DNA from: Sphyrna mokarran
Taxonomy: Eukaryota
Direction of reading: 5' to 3'
NCBI GenBank assembly: GCA_024679065.1
Contig: JAGIQG010000008.1
Coordinates: 95,728,001-95,792,000, forward strand
Length of the DNA stretch: 64,000 nt
This document shows, piece by piece, positions 52,739 to 64,000 of the stretch; the stretch's first letter is position 1; each line of letters begins with the position of its first letter. Both the position numbers and the translations under genes were made by a program. The notes beneath the pieces are model-generated. The model worked only from the letters and a program-made list of their open reading frames with translations. It did no database searches and had not been told where the DNA came from.

Positions 52739-55700
52739 CTGCAGAAAGGAAAAAACTGATAGGAAATGAGTCAATTTTTTTAAAAAAATCGGCTATTGAA
52801 AAAAGGAGGGCTGTCACTTTCACTGAACTAATTGTGCTGAAATAGGAGTTGTGCAGAATGGATTCTGAAGGTGGAAGATAAGTGATGTCAGTCCGGATTC
52901 ATGTTCACTGCCAGAATTGAAATTCGCAACAATAACAAGAATAAACAAGTCCCTAACTTAAGAAAGATCTCTGACACACACGTGTCCGTGAAATAAATAA
53001 AGCAGGAATTGCTAAATCAAAAACCCTCCCAGCAAACACCCGATAAAGTCGTTTCAGTTACTGCTAAAATACATTTTTTTTTAAAAAAAACGGCGTTTCA
53101 AGAAAAGCGAGTTGCCAGTCTCACCCCGAGTGATCATATGGAATATCTGTCACATTCCCAACTAGTTTTGAATGCAGGAAATGGGAATTAAACCCAATTT
53201 ACTTAATGGCAACATACAGGATAGGGACAATACAGAGACATCATCATGTGAACACCCGGCCTGATTTTACAGAATTATCATTAAATCTTCCACGAAAGGC
53301 ATGAATGAGAAAGTCGCTACACTCGTTGGATCATAGCATCAAATTCAGAAATGTGGCACTGCATCAGGATCTCTCAGTGTTTCTGACAAATGATGCTCCT
53401 CAAATGGGAGAGTACGGATAATAAGTTTATTCCATTCTGCAAAAATATGGTTAATTTTGAATATTTAAGGACCTGTGCTTGCTCTATTGCGCAGACAGAT
53501 GTTCCGGTTGCTCGGGCTTGCCAAGCAACTGATCCACAGAGTGGGGACACTTTGTTCCAACTTCTGGTTTCGGAAGTGATCGGTGATCTTTAACTATTAG
53601 GCAATCTTTGCAAGTGAACAGTGCGCAAGAAGTAATTGTCGCCGCGTTAAGAAAGCCCGAACTGCCTTTGCGGGTCTCCTCTGAAGACGTGCTTAATAAC
53701 AAAAAAAAAGTGATTTAGCTCTTGTGCAGAAATATTTACAGACGATGCGAAGAATTGCAAGACTCGCCGCAATTAATGTGCACCAGAATTCCAGAAGGTC
53801 AAAATGCATGTTGTTGCTAAAAAAAAAACCCAAAATGGCACATCTGCACATCCGCGGAGTTTGAATTAACTTTCAAATGTGCACTGTCGTGTGCTGGTGT
53901 GTTGCTGAGGCAGTAATTGTTGTAAACGTGTGACTGAAACGTGTAACAGGTCAGTGAGACGCTGGGCTATATTCCATCGGCACACGCGCTGAAAGCAAAG
54001 CTGTTCAGGTATCACTAAGCGTAACAGCCGTTTTACATTAAATCAGATACTGTGGCGTGTCTACAGGGCCTGGAAACGATTGTGTCCGCGGTCCTGACAA
54101 ACATTTCAAGTATTAAATGTAACACAGTTCTTGGGAGTCGGCCATTGCCCCGGTAAAGTTTAAGCCAACATGGATCAGTGCAGGGGGAGAGAAATCGCAC
54201 ACCGTTTAAATTAGCCCAGGCGTCCACAAATTTCGAGTGAAATTAACATGACGTGTCCCCACCGCAAACAAAACATTTCATTTTCCATTTTCGATCAACT
54301 TATATGCGTACTTTTTTTTAAAAAAAGTTGCTCTTAGGAATAGAAAGCACCTTTTCCTAGGAGCTAAATAATTCATAGATTATACAACGCGGAAAATAAC
54401 AGATTTTCTCCTTTAATTCGTACCGGCTCCTGCCGTGGAGCCTGCAGGCATCCACTTTTACCTGCTCTGAACAACTCCCACAGATTTGCGGAAAACTTTG
54501 CCGAATGAAATCTCCCGAAGTTGCCTTTGTTCGAAACTGGCAATGGAACATGCTTAGCTTCACGCCAGAGCTTATTGCTGATTTTCTTGTGTCCAATATA
54601 GTGAGTGTGGTAAGATAAAAATTGTCACCGTTTTAATAACTTCAAATAAGGTAGGGTTTTTTTATCTCAATGACTTTGTAAATCCCTCCCACACCCCACA
54701 TTCTTAGAACTTACAGGATATTTAGACAACAAGCTAAGATGTGTTTGCAGGATGATTTTACCTGGATGCATTTTAAATCCAAATCTTCTAAAACTATAGG
54801 GAGTTGGACAGGTAGGTTGAACAGATTTTGAACTCCGAAGTCGGGTCTATGTGCCTCAGACGCCACCAAATGTTCATATCAGATATTGCAGCCTATCCAC
54901 TGGCTTCCCTGACATCGTTTTTCTCAGTGAAATAAGTGACGACTAAAAATCAAAGGGATTTGTTTAGGACAGCATCTTTGTTTTGTCATACGGCGACCTT
55001 CGCGTTTGCAAAATACAAAAATATTACATGTACAATAATATTTGCTGCTGGAAATGTGCGTATTAATAACCCAGAAATAGAGTCACAACGCTTCTATGGG
55101 ATCAAAAAATGAACACAGAGCACTCTGTTCATTTGTGAGCTTACTCACTGCTGCCAGAGGAAAGGAGATAAATGGACAACACATTGTGTCAACTTAAAAA
55201 GGCATTTTAGCCTCTCAATAATACTACCTATTCCTTTCCTCACCAAAAACCCTCTGATTATTTGAAAAATGCATTTCTTTCGAGCCGAGTTTTCTAATCA
55301 ATGCCCGAAGCCTACGTTACAATTAGTTGTGAATTCCATTAACTCCCAAAACGTTTATTTCCCGAGACATCAACCCCCTGAAACCAAACTTATGAAAAGA
55401 AACAAGAGCATGTTGCATTCCTCAATTGCAGTCCTGTGAAAGAGTGTTTTACTTTGTGTTCCTTGTCTGTGCATCTTTGATTTCTCTGCATTTCAAGGTT
55501 TGTGATAAACGTGCTTTATTTTCTTTTGATCTTAAAGGGCTTCGTGCACTTACAGTGGTGTCAATTTATACTGAGAACCAGTCCCCCCACCCCAATTTAC
55601 TACCATTGCCGTTTAAAAGAAGCGCCTTCGAAACAACCTCTGAGACTCCCATTCCATCAAATTCTGTCCAAATATTAGACCCAGCACAGACATATATGTG

Positions 55701-58024
55701 AATCCCGCCTTCCGATAGTCTTAACTTCATATCAAATAACGTCCCGCCACCTTTCCCCTCCCAGCCCCCTACTTATTACAATGGGATTGTCTCACAGCGT
55801 CTATACAAATTGAACGTCCAGTGCTGAAATCCGCTGCTGTGGAGATCTGTGGCGCTCACTTGCACAGTAGTTACATCTGTCCTGGCCCGGCTCAGCTGCA
55901 ATAGAAATGCTTTCACGGTCCACGGTATATTTTTATTGTATGTTCAACCTCCTTTACTGCCCCACTGACGCCACCTGCGAAATAACCTCTAATTATAGCC
56001 GTCACATATTGCGTTTTTTCTGTTTATTCTTCCTATATGTTTCTTTCTATTCTGTAATGAAACGCACCAGAAAGTTGGAACCGTCAGTACAAACCGCGAA
56101 GTCGAACCTGTCGAGTTATAGGTGAACTGTGTGTTTACGTGGAGTTGTAAGTCATTTAAAAAAAAACCAGAGCTGAAGAGGTTGCTAATTAACCTTAGTA
56201 GTCGTGTGGCCGGGGAGGTGTTTCCCCTCCTGGATTCAAAATGGTAATATTCTTCCTAGGACTTCTCATTACTGATGAAAGTGTTACAATTCGAAATGCA
56301 ACCGTAGAAAGATCGAATAAAAACGATTACTTCCATTCTGCACTTGCGGTAATGTGAAGCAACCTATGCGTGTGCATAGTTGCCGTTTGCAAGCTATGGA
56401 TTTGGTTGAATCGTGATTATAAAGTAGACAGGCCATTTATTTGATGGGAACTCAAGATTTCATTTATTTTTTAAAAAAAGTGCACTCGCCAGTTTAATAC
56501 TTGGGGCTGGGGAAGAGTGACCAGTCATTCTCGCGTTCTGATCAGCGTTGTTCCTTTGGCCAAAAATATATATTAATTGGCCATTCATTTTATTTTATAA
56601 TGGGATGTCACTATGCATAAAATGGATGCCTTTTTTTCTACATAATATCAGTCATTGTACTTCTAAGCACTTTTTTTATACTTTGAGAGGTTGCTATGAT
56701 AAGACATTATATAAATTAAATCCTTTTACTTCTTTGATAAGCACGATGGAGTCAGTGAATCTTCAGAAGGAGTGATACAGAGGTTAAATCATATATCAAT
56801 AATTATATAGCATCAATAAACCACCTTAATATTTGCTGTTATTGGACTACATCTACTGGAGGTGAGCTGTTGAGCAATACATTTAACATTAGCTTTAGTA
56901 TGAACAGTACATTGCCCAGACTTACATAAAAAGTGCTTTTCTTCAGGCTTATTTTTGCTGCCGATCTTGAGAAGGGAATTTTGGCCAGGCCATTGGGCAA
57001 TCTCATTTGACTAATTATCAAACTAGAAAAGTGTTTCTTTTTATTTGATTGTTGCACACATTCACATTTCTGTTTATAAAGTCACTCCCAAACTCTGTAG
57101 TTAAACACATAAATACCAAATGTTGAGTTCAGTTCTGCAAGGGACAAAATGAATCTTCAATGACTGAACAAGTGTTTGTAGTTAAGGCCAAACACACAAT
57201 AGAGTCAACTCCTGAACAACAAAGGAAGAACAAAGTGAATGTCAGAATTATTTCTTAACACAAAATAACCTATCCACAGTAACAAGACTGCAATATGGAG
57301 ATTAGTGATTTAAGAGAAAAAATGGTTTACTTACTCAAGTCATAGTAAATTATGCTTCGCTTTCAAACTGTGGTTTGATTTTGATGACAGCCTTGAAAAA
57401 TGTCAAACTTCAATGAATAGCATCCAGTATCTGTGATATATGTAACCTAAGGTATATAACATGGGCATACTATTTGTACTATGTACCCTGGGTTACATAT
57501 ATTCCAGGTACTGGGAGCTACTCATTGAACAATGACAGTAGATGCAAGGTGCCACAGAAAGTCAATGAATAGCTTGGAAATCGTGGTAAATTATAAATGC
57601 CTAACATATTGATTTCCAAAATGATCAATATGGCTTTAGCCCTTATGGGCCTGATTTGAATACATTGTTTGCTATTATTCAGAATATTGAAAAGAATGTT
57701 AAATTAATCTTTGATAGAAAAGAACCAAGATGACGAAGCTCAAAACAAAAGGAATGCATAAAGATACTTCTGTATCATCTCTAGTCAAGTACAGGCCATC
57801 TATATTTTACCCTCTTGAATATTATTCAGCCACAACTTGGATAAAGAAGATGAAATAGAGTTCAAAGAATCAGGCAGCTCAAAACAAGACTATCATTAAA
57901 GCCAATATTGCTTCAATGTGCCAGGGAATTTTCTGGGTTGTCACCAGAGATACAATGAGAAAGCAGGTAGAAAGAAATGATTTGCATTTATATAGTGCTT
58001 TTCATAATCTCAGGAAGTTTTATT

Positions 58025-58519
58025 GATACTTTTACAGATGCACCATAAAAAGCATCCTTTCTGGATGTATCACAGATTAGTATAACTCTTGCACTGACCA
58101 AGACCATAATAAACTACAAAGAGGTGTGAACCTAGCCCTGTCCATCATGTAAACCAGCTTCCCATCCATTGACTATGTCTATACTTGCTGCTGCTTGGAA
58201 AAGCAACCACCATAATCAAGGACTCTACACACCCCAGATATATTCTCTTCCACCATTTTCCATCGAGAAAAAGATACATAATCTGAGGTTACTTACCACT
58301 GATTCAAGAACAATTCTTCGCTGCTGCCATCAGACTTTTGAATGGACCTACCTTATATTAAGTTGATCTTTCTTTATATCCTAGCTCTGACTGTAACATT
58401 ACATTCTCCACTCTCTCCTTTTCTCCTCCCATGAATCGTATGCTTTGTCTGCATAGTGCACAAGCAAAAATACTTTCCACTGTATACCAATACATATGCC
58501 TATAATAAATCAAATCAAA
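58025..58519 (+). mobile_element. Rex1/Babar-type LINE 3' fragment inserted in an old Deu-type SINE tail
   Basis: FYRCTIKSILSGCIT.. motif and (AAATC)n terminus. Flanked by TTGCATTTATATAGTGCTTTTCA (57982) and GAAGTGTTTTTAAAG..GCCACTGTT. Confidence 0.8.
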
Positions 58520-58918
58520 GAAGTGTTTTTAAAGAGCAGCCACTGTTAACTTATGTCCCAGGCATACTGTACTCACTTTGGGCAATGTACTTGGAACAGA
58601 ATGTCAAGGGGATGGAGCCCACATAACTTTAATCTGGGATCTGAACTTGTCGAAAATACTAACAGTGGAACACAGACAAAGATTTATGTTGAAGAAAATC
58701 CAGTTTTTTAAAAAATCAAAGAAAGGTGGTGAGATGAGCCTAGCAATCTAGTTTGTCCTCAGAAACAAAGAAGTTTTTAGAAATGATAATTTGGAACATA
58801 GTTAATAGTTACTTGGGCTAATGCAGATAAGTTAAGGAAATCCGACACGGATTTGTTAAGGCAAGTGTGTGTTTAATGAACTTGCTTGAGTTTTTAGATG
58901 AGGTGGCAGAGAAGGCAG

Positions 58919-60127
58919 AACAAAGAACAAAGAAAATTACAACACAAGAACAGGCCCTTTGGCCCTTCAAGTCTGCACTGACCATGCTGCCCAACTTAAG
59001 TAAAACTCCTACCCTTCTGGGGACTATACACAATCTGTAATTACCTGGAAGAATCTAGCTACCCTTCTTAGACAAAAGAATAACATTGACTATTCTCTAT
59101 TCCCATCCTACTCATATACTTGTCAAGATGCCCCTTAAAAGTCATTACCGCATTCACTTCCACTACCTCCCCTGAAAACATGTTCCAGGCACCCACTACT
59201 CTCCATATAAAAAAATCTGTCTCATATATCTCCTTTAAACTTTGCCCCTCCTTTAAATCTATGTCCCCTAGTAATTGACTCTTCCATTCTGGGAAAAAGC
59301 TTCTGACTATCTACTCTGTCCATGCCTCTCATAATCTTGTAGACTTCTATCAGCTCTATTCTCAACCTCCGTCGCTCCAGGAGAACAAACCAAGTTTCTC
59401 CAACCTCTCCTCATAGCTAATGCGCTCCATACCAGGCAATATTCTGTTAAATCTTTTCTGTACCCTCTCCAAAGCCTTCACATCCTTCTGGTAGTGTGGT
59501 GACCAGAATTGAACACTATATTCCATGTGCGGCCTAACTAAGATTTTATAAAGCTACAACATGACTTGCCAATTTTTAAACTCAACAACCCTGGTCAATG
59601 AAGGCAAGCATACCATGCCTTCTTGACTACCTTCTCCACCTGCATTGCCACTTTCAGTGACATGTGTACCTATAGACCCAGATCCCTTTGCCTATCAATA
59701 ATCTTAAGGGTGCTGCAATTTACTGTATATTTCCTATCTGTATTAGATCTACCAAAATGCATTATGTCACATTCATCCAAATTAAACTCCATCTTCCATT
59801 TCTCTACCCAAGTCTCCAACTGATCTACATCCTGCTGTAGCTAGTGGTGTTTGCTCCCAAATAAACCTGTTAGACTTTAACGTGATGTTGTGAGACTTTT
59901 TACTGTGTTTACCCCAGTCCAATGCCAGCATCTCCACATCATGACCTCCCATGTAGCCAGTGAGGACACAAAAATTTCTCTCAAGGTCCCAGCAATTTCC
60001 TCCCTTGCATCTCTCAGTGCTCTGGCGTATACCCTATTAAGCCCTGGAGACTTGTCTACCTTAATGTTTCTGAAGAACCTCAATACCTCCTCCTTTATGA
60101 TCTCAACATGACTCAAACTATCTACAA
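58919..60127 (-). mobile_element. Younger CR1 LINE nested in opposite orientation, with internal deletion
   Basis: Tail AGAACAAAGAACAAAG, LVRPHMEYSVQFWSPHYQKDVKALERVQKRF (59540-59450) and IKVDKSPGL (ORF 59877-60185). Confidence 0.85.
59839..59942 (+). mobile_element. Probable Penelope-like pseudo-LTR fragment
   Basis: AGCTAGTGGTGTTTGCTCCCAAATAAACCTGTTAGACTTTAACGTGATGTTGTGAGAC..CCCCAGTCCAATGCCAGCATCTCCACATCAT, the same repeat as 2025-2108. Confidence 0.55.
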
Positions 60128-60867
60128 TAGTTAAATGTATGCATGGAATTCCAAAGGAGACTTGATCAAATCTCACACAGTACACTTTTGAGCAAAGTTA
60201 TGGTTCATAGAATCAAAGGAACAGGAGCAACATGAGTAAAAAAATTGGCTGAGTGACTGGAAATAGTGAGTAAGGATAAACAGTGATTTATTTTTGGATT
60301 GCAGGAACATCTTATAGAAAAATTCACCAAAAGCCAGTGTTAGGAACCTTGCTCTTTCTGATATGTATTATTGAGCTTTGATGTAAAAATCCAAGATTTT
60401 ACAGGTAACAGAAAACTTGCAAGTATTGTGAACTGTAAGGGGATAATGGTGATCAATTATTTTACACAGCAGGTGTTTAGGATCTTGAATGCATTCGTGA
60501 GATTGTGATGGAGGCAGAGCTTTTAAAAGAGAATTGGATCATAATCTTAACAGGAAAAATTTGCAAGGCCACAGAGAAAAGGCAAGAAAGTGGCAGTAAA
60601 TGAGTTTCTCTTGCAAAGAGCTGGTACAGAAAGGACAGACTGAATGGTCTCCTTCTGTGCTGTAACCATTCTGTGATTCTAGAATTGGATGAAATGTTAC
60701 ACGTTACAAAAAATAAACCACACTTGATGGATTGTGAACAATTAACAATTAGATCTGTGTAGGAATAGTTTGAATTATATTTTTTGGCTGGAAGGATAAA
60801 CTGAGCAGGTTTGTCATTATGTTACATTGCAGAGCTATCTCAGAGATAAAAATCTATCAGAAAAGAT

Positions 60868-61180
60868 GTGGTACCATGCACAGTGATTAGCACTGCTGTC
60901 TCACAGTGCCAGAGGTCTGAGTTTGGTTCCCAGCTTGAGTCACTATCTGTACGAAGTCTGCACATTCTCCCAGTGTCTCCGTGGATTTCCTCCTGGTGCT
61001 CTGGTTTCCTCCCACAGTCCAAAAGATGTGCATTTGTTAGGTGCATTGACCATGCTAAATTCTCCCTCAGTGTACCCGAACAAGTGCCAGAGTATGGTGA
61101 CTTGGAGATTTTCACAGTCATTTCATTGCAGGGTTAATGTAACCCTACTTGTGACACTAATAAATAAACTTTAAACTTTA
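60868..61180 (+). mobile_element. V-SINE, 'AATAAATAAAC' tail subfamily
   Basis: Full head-core-tail, ending ACTAATAAATAAACTTTAAACTTTAAA. Confidence 0.92.
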
Positions 61181-61621
61181 AAAGGGTGTTTAGAAGTAAA
61201 GTGTATTTGAGTAGTGTCAATCCAATTTCTATTGGGTAGCAGATCTAAGTATAAGTCTGGTACAACAATTTATATTTACATTAATTAGTACATTTCATAA
61301 TATAAGACTGCTGTCACCAAAAGAAGTAGGATAGGGTTGTGATGAAAGGAATTTCCTCTCTTCAATAGTTTCCATTTTGCTAGGAATATCTGCTAACACA
61401 AAAATGATCTTCTGTTTATGGATATTCATGCAGGACTGAACATAACATGTTTGCTTGTTAAGCATGTTCATTCTTTATTTCATTCTGGGTTTCTGAATCA
61501 TTCTGAAAATTGGATATAATAAAAAGACCATATCAAATATGCAAAGATCTACTAGTCTGCCACTAAATCTGAGTTTGAGTTTAAAGCCACCTGAAGGGTA
61601 ATTAATGCCATCCTATCCCAT

Positions 61622-62722
61622 TAGAGTCATAGAGTCACAAAGGTTTACAGAATGGAAACAGGCTCTTCGGCCCTGTTTGTTTATGCCACCCTTTCTTTAA
61701 AAAAAACCCCAAAGGTAGTCCCAGTTGCCCGCATTTGGCCTATATCCATCTTACCCACGTAACTATCTAAACACTTTTTAAGAGACAAAATTGTACCCGC
61801 TTCTACTACTACTTGTATCTCTGGTAGCTTGTTCCAGACACTCACCACCGTGTATATGAAAAAATTACCCCTCTGGACACTTTCGTATTTCTCTCCTTAA
61901 ACCTATGCCCTCTAATTTTAGACACCTCTACCTTTGGGAAAAGATATCAATTACCTATGCTCCCCATTATTTTATAGACTTCTATAACATTGCCCCTCAG
62001 ACTTCTATGTCCAGAGAAAGAAATCCCAGTCTATCCAGCCTCTCCTTATAATTCAAACCATCAAGTACAGCTAACATCCTAATGAATCTCTTCTGCACTC
62101 TTTCTAGTTTAATAATATTCTTTCTATAACAGGGTGACCAGAATTGTACACATTATTCCAAGTGTAACCTTCTAATGTCTTGTACAATTTCATCAAGATG
62201 TCCCAACTCCTTTATTCAATGTTCTGACCAATGAAACCAAACATGCTGAATGTCTTCTTCACCATTCTGTCCACTTGTGACTCCACTTTCAAGGAGATAT
62301 GAACATGAACCTCCAGTTCTGTAATTCTTCCCAATGCCCTACCATTTTTAACTTTTTTTAAATATGTTATACTTTATTCCAATTCAATCCAATCAAGTCA
62401 AATCCAATTCAGAATCCCAACAAGTTGGGACATTCCTGATCCAAGACAGGGCTCTCACCTCCTGTCTTGGGCTTGATCTGCATGATCCAAGCTGATTGGA
62501 GTAGGTAAAGCTCCTCCTCCAAGGTTTGTTCTCATTTGCATCTTAGCCAAAAGGCCAAGATGCCGCTTTAAAAAATTGCTTCAAATGAAGCTAAAATGTA
62601 ACCTAATGACTTCAACCAAGTACAGCATGTTGACATTTCACTTGATCCTAGTCAAATGCCGTATCATTAACTAAGTAAGTCCTGCCCTGGTTCAATTCAC
62701 CAAAATGCATCACCTTGCATTT
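61622..62722 (-). mobile_element. CR1 LINE 3' fragment, interrupted by U2-headed retroposon copy B
   Basis: Tail AGAGTCATAGAGTCA, LE.CVQFWSPCYRK motif (62160-62120), and CR1 sequence resuming at AACTAAGTAAGTCCTGCCCTGG..CCAAAATGCATCACCTTGCATTT. Confidence 0.85.
62347..62654 (-). mobile_element. U2 snRNA-headed short retroposon (copy B), ~14-bp TSD
   Basis: Flanks AATGCCCTACCATT (62333-62346) and AATGCCGTATCATT (62655-62668). U2-like motifs at 62654-62639 and 62563-62540. AATAAA followed by an A-rich tail. Confidence 0.8.
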
Positions 62723-63324
62723 ATTTGTTGGGATGTATCCTAGAATTATATATTCAAGTGAACTGACTGTCCTGTAAGCTGCAGAAAATCATTGACACTG
62801 CAAAGGACAAGTAGAAGGGATAGTTATTAATATCTATCCCTTGCAGTTTCACAGCAATGTTTCCCAATTGCAGTCTTATGAAGCATGCGTTACCATCATT
62901 ATTTTGGTAAGCTACTCTGGTGTGTACAGATTTGGAATTCAATCAGTGGCTAACCTTAGAAGCATCTTTCAGCACTGAATGTTTGTGTGCATTATATATT
63001 TACTACTTGTTAAATTTATACTTTGTATTGCTATTTATTTGTAAAAAGAGAATTAGTTGTTTCAGTCTCAGAACCTCTGGCTTGTGTGTCTATTTCAAAG
63101 AGAATTTCATATAATGACATGAGATGATATTCAATCCTGTAAGCAGGTCCTGAAAAGTACAGTTATATGAAATGCTCGATATGCAAGTTTGTGATAACAA
63201 AATAAGGAAAAAGTGCAGTTTTCAGATTCTAGATAACAGACTTTGTTTCATAGAACACTGATAGGACATCAAGAGAGAAGATGATAGCAACCAAAACTGT
63301 ACAAGAGCTGCAAAAATAAAAGCT

Positions 63325-63730
63325 TTTATTTACGTGTCTTTACCATAATAAAATGTCCCAAGGCACTTAACTGGTCGTTGCAATACAAAACCAAGGACAT
63401 TAGGGCAATGACAGAAAGTCTGGCCAATGACATTGGTTTTAAGGAATGTCTTAAAGAGGAAATTGAGAGACAGAATCAATGACTTTGGGTGGGACTTCCA
63501 GATCCAAGCCGCTGAAGACACAGCCAGGGGATAGTGACTAAAATCAGGGTAGCTTGACAGGCTGGAACTCGATGGATGCAGATTTCCTGGAGGTTTCCAG
63601 AACAGCAGGACACCACAGCAATAGAGAGGATCAAGATCATGGAGTAATTCGATAAAAAGGATGGAAATTTGGAAATTTTAAAATCAAGCTTTGGCTCAAC
63701 CCAGAGCCAATGTAGATCAATGAATGCAGA
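63325..63730 (-). mobile_element. Old L2/CR1-group LINE 3' fragment
   Basis: TTTATTTACGTGTCTTTACCATAATAAAATGTCCCAAGGCACTT..GGTTTTAAGGAATGTCTTAAAGAGGA..TTCCAGA is a typical reverse-complemented L2-like 3' end. Confidence 0.6.
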
Positions 63731-64000
63731 TTGATGGGCATTAAGGTTTGGTGTGGGGCATTAAAAGAACGTGAAATACCTAAATTAGAAGTGTTCTTTG
63801 GTAAATCTTCCTAAACCTGGAACACTTCCTTTGGTTCGGTTATTTTAAGCTTGACAAATAACAGTTTGACATCTCCAAGACAAAACCAATGAATAAACAA
63901 GGAGTAAAGCACCCCATTTCTTTCTAGAAGGACAGAAGGCAAGTTTTTTTATTCCATTAACAAAATAATTTGAATACACGGTTTTGAAACATAACGACAA

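Larger units (their letters stand above)
58790..60682 (+). mobile_element. Old CR1 LINE host (58790-58918 plus 60128-60682)
   Basis: HGFVKA..CLMNLLEFLDEVAE before the insert, then MEFQRRLDQISH-like remnant, TTTTTACACAGCAGGTGTTTAGGATC and a 3' tail ending CTGTGCTGTAACCATTCTGTGATTCT. Confidence 0.75.

Noticed and set aside
55106-55134. Small hairpin AAATGAACACAGAG/CTCTGTTCATTT
   Set aside because: Too short and imperfect to distinguish from chance in 64 kb.
62540-62563. Functional U2 snRNA gene
   Set aside because: Only ~24 nt of the 5' end match. There is no branch-point recognition region, Sm site or 3' stem-loops, and it lies inside a TSD-flanked insert.
1-64000. CRISPR arrays, prokaryotic operons, rRNA, true tRNA genes or known miRNA hairpins
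   Set aside because: No regularly spaced repeats or dense coding. The tRNA-like motifs are SINE heads. I recognised no conserved mature miRNA by eye, though that scan was not exhaustive.

Overview
Eukaryotic, AT-rich, repeat-rich vertebrate genomic DNA. The repeats (V-SINE/HE1-type tRNA SINEs, CR1/HER1-type LINEs, Deu-type SINE remnants, Rex1/Babar, Tx1) point to a cartilaginous fish, most likely a shark. I find no intact protein-coding gene: the ORF-track hits with recognisable similarity are decayed retrotransposon ORF2 pieces. Roughly 40-57 kb is CpG-rich and lacks young transposons. It looks like a multi-promoter 5' region of an unidentified minus-strand regulatory or neural gene, with a large GC-rich first-exon candidate carrying uORFs, a 29-nt micro-exon and several splice donors. 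Most of 1-40 kb would then be intron. The most unusual observation is two independent short minus-strand retroposons (39361-39592 and 62347-62654). Each starts with a fragment of the U2 snRNA 5' end, shares body motifs with the other, ends in an A-rich tail and sits between ~14-15 bp target-site duplications. They are candidates for a U2-headed SINE family mobilised by an L1/Tx1-type enzyme. All family assignments come from recalled consensus features, not database searches.
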